A stretch of DNA of 64,000 nucleotides from a virus (Duplodnaviria; Caudoviricetes), in IMG/VR virus record IMGVR_UViG_3300036782_000001, positions 3,754 through 67,753 of that record; one strand, 5' to 3'. Positions 48,306-61,400 of this stretch are shown here, piece by piece. The number at the start of each line of letters is the position of its first letter. Position 1 is the first letter of the stretch. The notes below the pieces were generated by a model. The model ran no database searches. It saw only the letters and a program-made list of their open reading frames with translations, and was not told the DNA's origin. Position numbers and translations under genes: made by a program.

Positions 48306-48811
48306 ATGCACAAAACGATGGGAAGAACAGATTAAGACGTATGGAGTTCATCTTCAATGGTCAATCATTCAAACTAGCCTTAAACCCAGAGGAATACGAG
48401 CAGTCACAACCTAGTAGGGTAACAATTACTCAAACTAAAGGTGGTGCTTGGGTAGATGACTGGGGTGCTGGTATTGCAAATATAAGTATGAAGGGTACTA
48501 CTGGTTGGAAGAACGGTACAGGAGACCCTACTAGTGGTTTCAAGAAGTTTAGGGAACTACAAGCTATGGTAGAAGCATACTATACTAAGCTACCTCCTGG
48601 AGCTACTATACCAGCAGATAAGGAAATGATATTCCACAACTACACTGATGAACAGCACTATGTAGTGATACCTAAGGTATTTAGACTATTCAGGTCTGTA
48701 GCCAGACCATTGTTATATCAATACCAAATAGAGTTAATGTGTCAACGTGATGCAAGTGCCCCTGCTAGTAGAGGTGCTTCAGTTGAAATAAAGCAAGGAA
48801 GGGTGCAGTGA
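48302..48811 (+). CDS. Baseplate/tube initiator protein
   Basis: LNPEEYEQSQPSRVTITQTKGG..ISMKGTTG. Confidence 0.7.
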   Translation: MNAQNDGKNRLRRMEFIFNGQSFKLALNPEEYEQSQPSRVTITQTKGGAWVDDWGAGIANISMKGTTGWKNGTGDPTSGFKKFRELQAMVEAYYTKLPPGATIPADKEMIFHNYTDEQHYVVIPKVFRLFRSVARPLLYQYQIELMCQRDASAPASRGASVEIKQGRVQ

Positions 48812-48815
48812 TGAT

Positions 48816-49439
48816 ATGTATGCAACTCCATCAGAAGACTACATCTCTACCAATGTGAACTCTAAGGCTTTAAACTATATATTGGATACTCTGTGTAACA
48901 TCAGTTCCATACTAGGGGATACTAACGGAAAGATGACAAGAACAACAGCTACAGAGGTTGTTAAGGCTCTAGATATCTCTGCTACAGGTGCTCTGTTATC
49001 TAGTACAGAAGTCATTACTGACTTCTCATCCCCTCATCTACCAGAAGAAATGTATGTCCCAGAGGTGTCTTATGACTCTTACTTAACTTATACTTATGCT
49101 AAATCAGGGGATTTAGATTATGTACTGACTATAGTAGACAATTGGGAGATATCAAGCCCTCTATTAGTTCTTACTAGAGAACCTCATGTTCCAGCCTATG
49201 TTGCTATACGAGGTTTATATTTAGAGACCTTCACAGTATATAAACAGGCTGTAGAGCTGAAAACACTAGATACTATACAAACAGATAGGCTAATTACTAA
49301 TTGTAAAGTGGTAGCCTCTTATGTAGCAAAACAAGGAAAAGTGAACTACGACTTGTTAGAGGTACTGAAGAATCTGAGGGTATCCCTTATGTATCTTAGA
49401 CACTATTCATATTTATTGAAAGAAGAAGGTGGTATCTAA
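48816..49439 (+). CDS. Baseplate region hypothetical protein
   Basis: Operon position. Confidence 0.65.
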   Translation: MYATPSEDYISTNVNSKALNYILDTLCNISSILGDTNGKMTRTTATEVVKALDISATGALLSSTEVITDFSSPHLPEEMYVPEVSYDSYLTYTYAKSGDLDYVLTIVDNWEISSPLLVLTREPHVPAYVAIRGLYLETFTVYKQAVELKTLDTIQTDRLITNCKVVASYVAKQGKVNYDLLEVLKNLRVSLMYLRHYSYLLKEEGGI

Positions 49440-50038
49440 TGAAGTATCGTAAGTACCTAGTTAAGCATGGTGACACCATACAAATGATAGCACAGAATGA
49501 GCTAGGAGACGCTGCTTTATGGTTAGACCTAGCCCTTCTTAATGATTTAGCCTACCCTTTCGTTGACACTATACCTAGTAAAGGAGTAGTAATTCCTGGA
49601 GATTACTTATCCATCCCTATGGGTGAGGGGGTTGACTCTGATCCTAGCCTAGTGTATGGTCAAGACCTTCTTCTAACTACTGACAAGTTCTCTCTAACAA
49701 ATGGTACTAACGGTGACTTAATAGAGTCCAATGGGGACTTTTCCATAATAGATGGAGTGCAAACCCTGAAGCAGGATTTATTCCACAGATTACTCACTCC
49801 TCTGGGTACTCTACCTTATCACCCTGACTTTGGTAGTAATATTCCTATGCTGATAGGTGAAGTTAGAACAGATGAGTGGAGAGTCAAGATAGGCATAGAA
49901 GTATCTAGGACTTTCAGAAGTGATGCTAGAGTAATAGATGTTACTAATATGGTTGTAGAGCCTATTGATAATGGAGTAACTATAGAATGTGACATCATCA
50001 CAGATGTAGGAGAAACTAGATTAAAAGGCACCATATAG
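49439..50038 (+). CDS. LysM plus gp25-like baseplate wedge protein
   Basis: YLVKHGDTIQMIA; LLTPLGTLPYHPDFGS. Confidence 0.82.
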   Translation: MKYRKYLVKHGDTIQMIAQNELGDAALWLDLALLNDLAYPFVDTIPSKGVVIPGDYLSIPMGEGVDSDPSLVYGQDLLLTTDKFSLTNGTNGDLIESNGDFSIIDGVQTLKQDLFHRLLTPLGTLPYHPDFGSNIPMLIGEVRTDEWRVKIGIEVSRTFRSDARVIDVTNMVVEPIDNGVTIECDIITDVGETRLKGTI

Positions 50039-50050
50039 GAGGTGGACAGA

Positions 50051-51094
50051 ATGAAAATAAAGACTCTGAAAGAGATAGTGTCAGATATGGCAGGGTATAT
50101 GGTAACTGCTGGTAGTAAGATAACTAACTTCAATCCAGGTTCAGTTGTACGTACTCTATTTGAGGCAGTAGCTACAGAGATAGAGCAACTGTATTTTAAG
50201 ATGAAGAAAGGACACTCTGAAGCTATAGAAGGCTCTTTGTACACTAGCTTTGGGTTTAGTAAGACACCTGCGGTAAAGTCCGTTGGTCTCCTAACTCTAG
50301 AGTTTAAAGCTCCCTTGAGTCTAGTGTTTACTATAAGCAAAGGTCATACATTCTACACCGTCCCTGTAAAGGGTAAGGTAATCTACTTTGAATGTTTGGA
50401 AGACAAGACAGTACCTATTGGAGAAGTTTCTGTAGATGTTAAAGTACAGTGTACAGAAGCAGGGGAGATTGGTAACGTTCCTCCTTTATCTATCCGTAGT
50501 GTTATGTCTCCATTGCCAATGGTAGAACGCATGTATAATTTATCACCTTTCCATACTGGTCTACCTGAAGAGACAACAGAACAACGTAAGAAGAGATTCA
50601 GTACCTTCATTGGTACTTTACAGAGAGGTACGGTTGACTCTATAAAGTATGGTGTATCCCAAATACCTGACGTTGCTGGGGTTAATGTAAAAGAGGATGT
50701 GGGTCTTATTTATATTTATATGCATGATGCACAAGGTCAGTTACCAGACACACTAAAAACACAGGTGGAGAACATTCTTCCTAATTATAAGTGCGGAGGT
50801 ATAAAACCTATAGTATCTAAAGTTAATATTAAGCAGGTAGATATTGACATCAAGATTACTCTGGAGAATGGGTTCGATAAAGGCACCTACGCCTTAATCA
50901 CATACAATTCTGTAAGCACTTTCTTAGAGAAGTATACAGTTGGTAAAAGCTTACTAAGGGCAGAACTAGTTAGGTTCATAATGAACTTGGACTATAATGC
51001 TATAATGAACGTAAATCTTAATATTGACAAAGACATTATTGCACAGGATAATGAACTAGTAAGACCTGGTAAGATCACTATAAACATAGAGTAG
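50051..51094 (+). CDS. Baseplate J-like wedge protein
   Basis: TNFNPGSVVRTLFEAVA, AGEIGNV, EETTEQRKKR. Confidence 0.85.
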   Translation: MKIKTLKEIVSDMAGYMVTAGSKITNFNPGSVVRTLFEAVATEIEQLYFKMKKGHSEAIEGSLYTSFGFSKTPAVKSVGLLTLEFKAPLSLVFTISKGHTFYTVPVKGKVIYFECLEDKTVPIGEVSVDVKVQCTEAGEIGNVPPLSIRSVMSPLPMVERMYNLSPFHTGLPEETTEQRKKRFSTFIGTLQRGTVDSIKYGVSQIPDVAGVNVKEDVGLIYIYMHDAQGQLPDTLKTQVENILPNYKCGGIKPIVSKVNIKQVDIDIKITLENGFDKGTYALITYNSVSTFLEKYTVGKSLLRAELVRFIMNLDYNAIMNVNLNIDKDIIAQDNELVRPGKITINIE

Positions 51095-51105
51095 GAGTGG
51101 TTTAC

Positions 51106-51636
51106 ATGGGATTCATCAGTAAGCTAGCTTCCTTCTTCAATAGAAAGTCTACAGGAGAGCTAGGTAACTTAGCAGGTGCTTGGCAAAAGTCTCTTGATAA
51201 GGCTGAAACAGACCTAAATGAACTAGAACTCCAGTATATTATAGACACTGCTACTGGAGAGTGGCTAGAGGAATGGGGTTCTTGGTTCGAGGTTAGTAGG
51301 AAGCTTAATGAGACAGATATAAGCTATAGAAAACGTATTAAGCTAAAGATGACTAGAGCTAAAAGTACTATTCCAGCACTGGTAGCAGCTGTTAAGGAAG
51401 CTATGGGAGAGGATACAATTGTGGTGCCTTATGAGACTTACAAGGATTTGTTTATACACAATATATCTCCTCTAAGTGGAACACATAAGTTACAGGATGC
51501 TGAGTACACTAGGCTTGCAGTGGTGGTATTGAGGATTAATAAACAGTTGACACCTGAAGCTGACCTATTAATCCGTAGTGTTAAAGGTGGAGGTATAAAG
51601 CTTATAATAGAGTATGTATCCAATCTAAAACCATAG
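51106..51636 (+). CDS. Baseplate wedge protein
   Basis: TATGEWLEEWGSWF..R..ETD..YRKRI. Confidence 0.75.
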   Translation: MGFISKLASFFNRKSTGELGNLAGAWQKSLDKAETDLNELELQYIIDTATGEWLEEWGSWFEVSRKLNETDISYRKRIKLKMTRAKSTIPALVAAVKEAMGEDTIVVPYETYKDLFIHNISPLSGTHKLQDAEYTRLAVVVLRINKQLTPEADLLIRSVKGGGIKLIIEYVSNLKP

Positions 51637-51728
51637 ACTCAATCATACCCTGTACCACAATATGTGGGCAGGGTTATTCTATTAGAAATTAGAATAGTAG
51701 AACTCAACGAAAAGGAGATGAAAACCTT

Positions 51729-54700
51729 ATGATTAACAAAGAAGCTCCTTACTATGATGATTTCGACCCAGCCAAAAGGTATAGCAAAATATCTTTTGTA
51801 CCAGGTAGAGTAGCTCAAGCACGTGAATTTACTCAAATGCAGACAGCCATATATGAGTATCTTAAACGTGTATCTGATACTCTGTATAGAGACGGTTCTG
51901 TAGTGTCTGGAATGGGATGGACTCTGACTAGTAATACTGTAAAAGTTGATGCAGGTAAAGTATACCTTAAAGGTGTGGTTCACCTATTTGATGCTCAAGA
52001 GATAGCTATCACTAAAAAGGGTAAAGAGGTTGTAGGCGTTAAGCTAAAGGAAGAGATAATCACAGAAGACAAAGATGTATCTCTTACAGACCCCGCTCTT
52101 AATATGGGTAACTATGGTCAACCAGGTGCTCACAGGGTTAAGTCTACTCCTATCTTAGTTATTAATGATGCTGATGCTTCTTCTATCTATGAGTTTAATG
52201 ATGGAGAACTACAGTTAGAGATGGCAAGACCTCAATTTGATAGTGGATTAATGGATATGTTAGCTAAACGTACTAGAGACACTAATGGTAACTACCGAGT
52301 GATTGGCTTAGATTTAAGTGCTGAAGAGCATGATGCCAATAACATGAGAATCATTGTAGAAGCAGGTACAGCTTATATAATGGGTTATGAAGTTATTAAG
52401 GTAACCCCTGTTAAGAAAGTTGTATCTAAGGCTCTAGATACTCGCATAGTACAAAATGAGCCACAAATATATCTAGGAAACCAAGATAAGTACCCACTTA
52501 ATAATGCTCCTGCCAAACGTATAGACCGTGTATCAGGAGAAGTTCAGATAACAGAGAATGTTACAAGAGGTACTACAATCAAAGGTCAAGACCCTCTTAG
52601 TAAGACTCCAGTATCCGACATTGTGTCTATCACAGGTTACACTAAAGGAGCAGATTACAAACTAGTGGGTAACAGTGTAGACTGGAATGGTAGTGTAGGT
52701 AGTAAAGAGCCTTCTACTGGTTCTACTTATTCTGTCACGTATAAGTACAGAAAGAACTTTGTCAATGCTACCGACTATAAGCTAATTACTATCACTGATG
52801 GGTGGGGAGTAACTAAGGACTATATCCAATGGCTTGCAGGAGATAAACCAGTCAACAATACACAAGTTAACCTTGACTACCAATTCTATCTACCTCGTGC
52901 TGATTTAGTGTCTATTGATCGCTATGGTAATGTAATAGTGACTCAAGGTCAGAGTGATGTAGAGTCAAACGTAGTAGCCCCACAACCATCAAGTGATGAA
53001 CAGCTAGTCCTTGGTGCAGTTTATATAAACCCTGGACCAAATAATAAGACTGCTAGGACTAAATTCAATGCAATAACAAGGATGGAAATGGGAGAGATTC
53101 AACGTCTGGCTAGACGTGTTGATGATTTGGAGTATAACCAAGCAATAACAGCACTTGACCGTGATGCAATGGCTGGAGAACTACCTTCAGACTTAAAAGG
53201 TATATTCTCTGATAGCTTCAGGTCTGTTACACGTGGTGACTTATCACATCCAAACTTCAATATTATGTACTCATTGGAAGACGGAGTAATCATGTTACCT
53301 ACAGATACAACTAAAGACATCAAGCCAAATATCAATATGGACTTGTCTAATATCAAGTCATTTGGTCGTCTAATAGGTGCTCCTATGACTGAAGTGGTTG
53401 GTGTTGAACAACCATATGCAACACAGTCAATGCTAGTCAATCCGTACTTATCCTTCAATGTATTCTCTAGCTTGAAGCTAACACCTGCATCAGACAACTG
53501 GGTAGATGAAAGCTATATCAAGATTGAGAACACTGAGTATAGTGTACGTAACTTCTATCGTTGGTGGGGACATCCCGATTTAACTCCTTGGGTACAAGAC
53601 TTACTAGACCTGAAGATGGATGATGGAAGAACAGTAGGTGAGTGGAGACCACCTTGGTCTCCAGGTGAGACAGTAGATACATCACCTAGAACAACTGTAT
53701 CCCAGACAGAGAAATCTCGTAGTATACTAGAAGATGCTATCACTATTATGAGACAGATTGATGTAGAAATCTTCTGTGAGAACCTACAGCCTACAGCAGA
53801 TAACTTAGAGCTTACGTTCGATGGAGTGCGTGTACCACTTACTGGTATCAAGGGTACATCCACTGGTGCAAATCCTGGTACAGTTAGAGCTAATAGTTCT
53901 GGTCAAGTATGGGCTAAGTTCACAATACCTGCGGGTATTAAAACTGGTACACGAGAGGTTATCTTACGAAATGGTACTAACTCTGCGGTGGCTTCATTCA
54001 CGTCTATAGGAACTAAGAGAACAGTTACGGATACTATCCTAACTAAACGTATTACTCTAGTACCTGTCGATCCACTAGCACAGACATTTGAATTCGATAG
54101 AGATACTATGTTAACTTCTGTAGGGGTTTACTTCTCTGCGAAGCATGATACTAAGCCTTGTACAGTACAGATTCGTAACGTAGTCAATGGATACCCAAGT
54201 AACGTTATCTATGCTGAGAAGGTTCTACAACCTTCTGATATTAAGACTAGCTCTAATGCTGTTGCTGAAACTAAGATTACATTCGATGACCCTGTAATGT
54301 GCCAAGCTAATATCCAGTACTGTATAGTAGTCTTGTCTGACAATGACAAACACTCTATGTGGGTGTGTGACTTAGGTCAGAAAGATGTTACTACTGGGGT
54401 ACAGGTTACTCAACAGCCTTATCTGATTGGTATGCTATTCAGCTCTAAGAATGCTAAGACATGGACAGCTCATCAGTCTATGAACTTAAAGTTCAAGGTA
54501 TATAAAGCTGAGTTCCAGCCTACAGGGGTAATTGAATTTGACCCTATTTCTAACTTAGGAGCAGACCGCTTAGTATTACTTGCAGACTATTTAGTTCCTG
54601 CTAATACTGGTTGTGTATGGGAAGTCAGTCTGGATGATGGCATGTATGTCCCATTAGCAAACTATGAGCCACATGACTTATCTCAGATTGTTAGTAAGGT

Positions 54701-55100
54701 TAAATTAAAAGCTACCTTCAAGTCTGAAAAGAATATGTCTCCACTGATGTCTAAGGATAGCTTCACCTTAGTAGGATTCATGTCAGGTAAGACAGGTTCA
54801 TATCTAGGACGTACAGTAGAAGGAGAACAAATTTACACTACTGTTAAGCAAACTTATGATGCTCACCTACCTGCTGGCTGTACAGTTACACCACAGTTCA
54901 GCTATGATAATGGTGCTACATGGATAACTCCTCCATTAGTGAGTAGTCAACAGGTATCCTCCGATTACATTAGATATAACCATGAAGTAGCTGTACCAGC
55001 TAATAAGAATGCTAAGAAGTTCAAAGCACGCTTAAATCTATCCACACCTAATGCAGTAATTAGACCTACTGCTAGAAGGTTCATTAATATTATGAAGTAA
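51729..55100 (+). CDS. Large baseplate structural protein (DUF4815-like)
   Basis: PYYDDFD...FVPGRVAQAREFTQMQ, DPLAQTF. Confidence 0.8.
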   Translation: MINKEAPYYDDFDPAKRYSKISFVPGRVAQAREFTQMQTAIYEYLKRVSDTLYRDGSVVSGMGWTLTSNTVKVDAGKVYLKGVVHLFDAQEIAITKKGKEVVGVKLKEEIITEDKDVSLTDPALNMGNYGQPGAHRVKSTPILVINDADASSIYEFNDGELQLEMARPQFDSGLMDMLAKRTRDTNGNYRVIGLDLSAEEHDANNMRIIVEAGTAYIMGYEVIKVTPVKKVVSKALDTRIVQNEPQIYLGNQDKYPLNNAPAKRIDRVSGEVQITENVTRGTTIKGQDPLSKTPVSDIVSITGYTKGADYKLVGNSVDWNGSVGSKEPSTGSTYSVTYKYRKNFVNATDYKLITITDGWGVTKDYIQWLAGDKPVNNTQVNLDYQFYLPRADLVSIDRYGNVIVTQGQSDVESNVVAPQPSSDEQLVLGAVYINPGPNNKTARTKFNAITRMEMGEIQRLARRVDDLEYNQAITALDRDAMAGELPSDLKGIFSDSFRSVTRGDLSHPNFNIMYSLEDGVIMLPTDTTKDIKPNINMDLSNIKSFGRLIGAPMTEVVGVEQPYATQSMLVNPYLSFNVFSSLKLTPASDNWVDESYIKIENTEYSVRNFYRWWGHPDLTPWVQDLLDLKMDDGRTVGEWRPPWSPGETVDTSPRTTVSQTEKSRSILEDAITIMRQIDVEIFCENLQPTADNLELTFDGVRVPLTGIKGTSTGANPGTVRANSSGQVWAKFTIPAGIKTGTREVILRNGTNSAVASFTSIGTKRTVTDTILTKRITLVPVDPLAQTFEFDRDTMLTSVGVYFSAKHDTKPCTVQIRNVVNGYPSNVIYAEKVLQPSDIKTSSNAVAETKITFDDPVMCQANIQYCIVVLSDNDKHSMWVCDLGQKDVTTGVQVTQQPYLIGMLFSSKNAKTWTAHQSMNLKFKVYKAEFQPTGVIEFDPISNLGADRLVLLADYLVPANTGCVWEVSLDDGMYVPLANYEPHDLSQIVSKVKLKATFKSEKNMSPLMSKDSFTLVGFMSGKTGSYLGRTVEGEQIYTTVKQTYDAHLPAGCTVTPQFSYDNGATWITPPLVSSQQVSSDYIRYNHEVAVPANKNAKKFKARLNLSTPNAVIRPTARRFINIMK

Positions 55101-55172
55101 TGAGTTTGGGCAGGTATATTATACCTGTCCATTCTTTATGCACTTTTAAATTTACAGGAAGGGGATGTTGGT

Positions 55173-55412
55173 ATGCCAGAAATGAAGGTACTTGAGAGTG
55201 GGGGTATAATATTCGTCCCTACGGTAGAGGAACAAAAAGTAATAGACATGAAAACCCAAGCACAGAAAGACCTAGAAGAAGCTCAAATAATAAAGACCCA
55301 AGCACAACAAGAGCTATTCGAGGTCAGGCAAATAAAAGAGGAAATAGAGGTGATACACAGAAGAGCAGAGAAGGTATTACAAGACTTAAAGGAGATGAGA
55401 CGAAATGGCTAG
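55173..55412 (+). CDS. Small coiled-coil protein
   Basis: RBS AAGGGG; GGIIFVPT followed by coiled coil. Confidence 0.7.
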   Translation: MPEMKVLESGGIIFVPTVEEQKVIDMKTQAQKDLEEAQIIKTQAQQELFEVRQIKEEIEVIHRRAEKVLQDLKEMRRNG

Positions 55413-58400
55413 TATGAAGGTCAGATTAGGTGGTAAGTGGGTTACTGTAGCAGGTAGTGGTGGAGTGTCTCAAGAAGACTTACAGCAGGTAGTAAATGAA
55501 GCCAATGATTATGCTAATCGTCTAAAGGACTTAATAGATGATGACATCAAGGCTATGGAAGATAGCATGACTGGATTAGAAAATAATATCAACGGTGCCT
55601 TCTCTGATGGTATCATTACCAAGACTGAGGCTAGACGTATCCAGTCTTATATCAATACTTTACAGACTAATAAAGCCCGTTTTGATAAAGAATATGAGAG
55701 CCTTATATCTAATGAATACATGAATGAAAACGATAAGCAAGGTTTACTCTCTGCTAAGGCTAGTCATGATGAGAAGTTCCTTTTATTAATCAAGGCTATA
55801 AATGACGCTATAGAGGATGGAATAGCTACTCCAGAGGAATCCAGGCATGTTAATGAGAGCTTTACTAACTATAATAATGCAGCTGCTGTACTTACTTCTG
55901 CTATATATGAAGCAATTGATGATATTGCAACTAACAAAACAGGAAAAGCCTTAGAAGAAGCTAAGACGTTTGCTAGCCAAGCAGCAGAGGGTGTTAAGAC
56001 TATACTAAATGCTGAGGTAGATGGTGTTAAGAAGTCAATGACTGACCTAGATGAGGAGATTAAGGGTGCATTCCGTGATGGAATCATACAGGAAAATGAA
56101 CTTTCTACTATTAAGGCTTATTTAAATACCCTTGACACTTCTAAACAGGGCTTGGATAAAAGATATGAGTCTACATATAACAATGTTGACTTACCAGCTC
56201 AAAATAAAACTAATCTTAATACTGTTAAGATAGATTATGATCGTTCATACAATGCATTAATCAATACTATCAATGATGCTATTGCTGACCAGTTGGGCAC
56301 TCCAGAAGAGCAAGAACTTATCAATGCCAAGTTTAAAGATTACAACCAAAAACTTGCACTATTGACAACTCAATTAGAACTTGCAATTGAAGCAATTTCT
56401 AAGACTAAATCTTCTAGAGCGGAAAAGAATGCAAAAGAGTATTCCGACCAAATGAAAGGTGAAATTGCAAAGGACATTAAAGGGGTAGAAGATGCTAATA
56501 CTGCATTGAAAGAGGAAATCCATACTAGCTTCAAGGATGGAATCATAGATGCAAGTGAAGCACAGAAAATTAAGTCTTATATAAACTTATTGGATAACAA
56601 TAAGAAAGCTTTAGTGGAAAGATATAATGAGTTGTCTAACAACACATTCATTTCTCCTATTGCTAAGACAACTTTAATCACTAAAAAGGCTTTATTTGAT
56701 GCTAAGTATGGTTTACTTATCAGTGAGATTAACAATGCAATAGCTGATGGGGTGACTACTGCAACTGAATCTCAAGCCGTAGACTCTGCATTCAGTGTTT
56801 ACAATGATGCAGTTAAAGAGTTTACAAACGCTATGGAGAAGGCAGCAGATAGCATTGCACAGGGTAAGGCTAATGCGGCAGAGTTTAACGCTAACGAGTA
56901 TGCAGATGAGGCTAGTAATCGTCTAGATATGATTAAAGTTCGTTATATCAAAAATACTATTACTGGCAACTCTGTAAATGCCTATAAGCACTGGACTGAA
57001 ATCAAGGCTATCGTGAAGGGTGTGAACGTTGCCACTTCTGGTATCGTTACAGGTAGCCCTGGCGTTACAAACCTTGGGGTGGTTAATAATGATAAAGTGG
57101 ATGACCAGTTTGCAGAAGACCGTACAGCAGGAGAGTCATTCGTACAGATTGACTTAGGTTCAGTTAAGGAAGAAATTGAGTACCTACAACTATGGCACTT
57201 CTATCAGGATGCAAGACAGTACAATGGCAACAAAGTAGAGGTATCTGAAGATGGTAAGAAATGGTATACTATGTTCAGCAGTGACAAATCTGGTACGTAC
57301 AAGGAATCTGCTGATGGATTCATTATCCCTATCAATGCTGGTCGTATCTATAATCACACTATTCAACGTATCTCTACTACAGAGACTCAAATCACTAGCA
57401 TCAACGGTGTGTTAAAAACAGTAGTAAAGAACACTGAATTTGAACAGGGTATGAAGGACTCTAAGGAACATGCAGATGCAGTAGCTCAAGCAGTACGTAG
57501 TGAGCTGTCTAACTTCTCTAATCTGATTACTACTCGTATTGATGGTATTGAAGACCAAGTGGATGGTAATATCACTACATGGTTTTTATCTGGGGTACCT
57601 ACCCTTACTAACAAACCATCAGTGGACTGGAATACAGAGGCACTAAAAGACATGCATTTAGGTGACCTTTATTACGACTCTGCTACAGGATACTGCTATA
57701 GATTCCTGAAAGACAAGCTAATATATGCATGGGCTAAGATAACAGACTCTGACATTACTGAAGCTATACAAAAAGCAGCTAAGGCTCAAGATACTGCTGA
57801 TGGTAAGAGACGAGTGTTCGTTGTTCAACCTATCCCTCCATATGACCCAGGTGATTTATGGGCACAAGGTTCTGGTGGAGACCTAATGCGCTGTAATGTT
57901 GCTAAGGGTGAAGGTGCGTTATATAATGCTGGAGACTGGGGTAAGGCTTCCAAATATGTAGACCAAAAAGCAGTAGATGATACCCTAAATCCATTTGTGA
58001 CTAGGTTAGAGACTGCGGAATCTACAGTTACCCAAACTGCTAGGGAAGTAGGTAACCGTGTTAAGATTGATACGTACAACCAAGAGATTACCAACATCAA
58101 TACTAACATTGGTAACATTGACTCTGCACAGAAAGGTACATCAGACAAGCTAGATAAATTGTCTATAGGTGGACGTAACCTACTAAAGAACAGTGGTAAC
58201 TTTGTTACTGTTGACAACTGGACATCTGGGGGTACCTCTACAGCTACCCTCATGCTAGACAAAGATGACCTTAAAATCAGTAAGGTAGGTCTAACTGCTG
58301 GAGTTCACATCATTAATCCTAGTTTACAACGTATTGAGTGGGATGCCTCTAAGGACTATATTATCACCATTAGAGCTAAAGGGTCTGCTTCCTTTGACCT

Positions 58401-61400
58401 TAATGCAGGTATTACAGGTGACAACGGAGCGAATGCAGTCTTCCCATTCGCTTCATTTGGTAATGTAACTACTGCATATAAAGAGTTCACTGTGGTATTC
58501 AAGCCTAAGGTAACTGGAATCGCTGACTTCCGTATCTCAACTACTCCAATCCCTAATGGAGGAGCTTTATGGATTGACTGGATTAAGGTGGAAGGAGGTA
58601 ACAAGCCTACCGCTTGGTCACCAGCACCAGAGGACTTAACAGACTATGCAGACATATCTGTAAGCCAAATATTAGATGCTTCATTTGAAAGAGGACTAAG
58701 ATTCTGGAGTGCCTATAATGCTACTATTGATGTAGGAGCACCTTTACAAAGTGGAGTAACTTATAAGACCTCTTCTGACAGTATCACTGGTAGAACTGCT
58801 TTACAAATATCCGATGCAGAAGGTTGGATATACTCTGCTAACGCTATCCCCGTAGACACAAGCCGAGTATATCGTGTTCGCTTCCGTGTTAAGAAAACAC
58901 GTGATGTTGATACTGGCGGTACTAACGTGTATGCAGGGGTTGCTACTTATGATAAGAACGGTGTGCTTCAAAGTACAGCTCCTGGTAACCACAGATATTG
59001 TGCAGCATCAGGAAAACCATTAAAAGTAGCTGATGGGTGGCAGGTATTCGAAGGATATATTACTGGTGAGGGTAATGTAACTCATAATCAATTTAGACCA
59101 GGTACAGCATATGTAAAACCTATGTTTGTAGTAGACTATGCTAAAGGAACTGGCGGTATCAATATAATTGACCTTATGGACTTTGAAGACGTTACTGCAC
59201 AGATTAAAGCACAGGATTACTCTACAGGTAAAATAGATGAAGCTAAAAAGGCACAAGAAGAATACGCTAAAGCACAGGCAGAAGCAGCTAAGACACTAGC
59301 TAATGCCTATGCAGATGGCAAGATTACTCTTGAAGAGCAACGTGCGATAGACGATGCTAATACAAAGCTAGCCCAAGCTAAGGCACATGCAGAACAGAAG
59401 GCAAAAGAGGCACAGGATGCAGCACAGGGCTATGTGGATGGCATTGAGATAGGTGGTACTAATACTTTAAAGAATGCTGGCTTTAAAGATAGCACAAACA
59501 ACTGGACTGTTCATTATTCTGGGGTATCCATAGACCCTGCTAAAGAATTTGAAGGCTACCCAACAATGGTCAGTAACCAGACAGGTCTCGTGGATAATCA
59601 ATGGAGGGGCTTCAACAGTATACCACAAAGATACCCTTGTAGACAAGGTGATAAATTTGTAGCTAGTGTCTATACTTACACTGAAAATCGTACAGGTGTA
59701 GACCAAGATGCAGTAATGGAATTGAGCTTCTATGATGCTAACAATAATAGACTAGCAGGTTATCCTATTTTGTCTATTCTACCAAAAGCTAATGTTTCAT
59801 GGGAGAGATTTACTTTAAACGCAGTAGCTCCTGCCAATGCAGTGTATGTGACTGTATACTGCTATGTTAGAAGAAATGGTAAAGTGTGGTTCGCTAAACC
59901 TCAGTTAGAAAGAGGTACTAAAGCTACTGCATGGGGGCTTGCCCCAGAGGACTTAGTGGATGCTATTGGAAAGATTAAGGTTGGTGGAAAGAACCTACTG
60001 ATAGGAGGGGAGTCTCTACTTATCAACTCCAACAATGTTTCTGTATACCCTATAACTGTTACTAAGATGACTGAAGGGGCTGTTAGCTTTAATCGTGTTA
60101 AGAACTCTAAGACAGGAACAGATGTTAATACAATAAGTGTGTATAATACAATACCGTTTAATACTATCTCTGACAATCTTGCAGGTAAGCAAGTTACCTT
60201 TTCTCACCAAGTCCGTGCATCTAAAGCAATAGAGGGTATTGTAATGCATGAGTTGTATGGTACTTCTACATTGAAGTTACCTGCTTCTAATACTAAGTTT
60301 GCAGTAACTACCGACTGGCAGACTCTATCAGTTACAGTAGATTTACCTAGTAACCTTAGTGGGTACACTGGTGTGAGGTTCTTACTATCTGTATTCTCTA
60401 ACATGGTAGACCAATACGTAGATTATAGACCTATCAAGATTGAATTCGGTAATAAAGCTACAGACTGGACACCTGCACCTGAAGATGTAAACAAGCTTAT
60501 ATCTGATGTAGATACAAAAGCCCAGAATGTTACTGGTAGAGTGGACGATATGTCAGCAGATGGAAGGCTAACACCCATAGAGAAGCAGGATGCTAGAACT
60601 GATTGGGATATCATTGCTGGGGAGTATAATAACTTCTATACTCAAGCGGATGCTTTCAAGATTACTACAGAGAAAGCTACTTACAAGACCAGATATGATG
60701 AGCTTAACACTTATCTTACTCCTTTGTTTGCTAAAATGAATGAGACATCTGATATTGTAAGAACTGACTATAGACTGAAGTTCAAGAACTATTTTGAAGC
60801 TAAGTCTGCACTAGCAAAAGCTATCTCTTATGCATCTAAGTCTCAGATTGATAACATCTCTATAGGAGGAAGGAACTTAGTAATAGGTACTAGTGGAATA
60901 CTCCTCGACCAAACCTCAGCTAGTATAGGGGGGGCAGAGCAAGGTAGAAAGAATCTAGTTGTATCAGATTCATTTCTTATGAGTAAGGGTAAAGAAATTA
61001 CCTTCTCTGCTGATGCTTGGGCTAGTGGTCTGGACTATGGTACTACTAACTCTTGGGTTGGTGCTGAGATTAAGATAGACTTTGTTGATGGTTCTGCTTC
61101 CCAGTACATCAATATTAGAAATAATACCTTACCAAAAGGTACTTATGACTGGGCTAGGTTCTCTGTCACATCAGTTATAAATGATAAACCTATTAAATCC
61201 GCTATACTCTATCTTCTAGCTAGAGATTTTAAAGGTTCTATCAAGATGCGTAACCTAAAAATAGAGCTAGGTAACCGCCCTACAGACTGGACTCCTGCAC
61301 CAGAGGATATAGACCAGTTGATAACTGACCTAGATTCTAAGGCAACTACTCTTCAAAATAACGTGGATGCCATGTCTGATGACAATTTGCTTACTCCTAG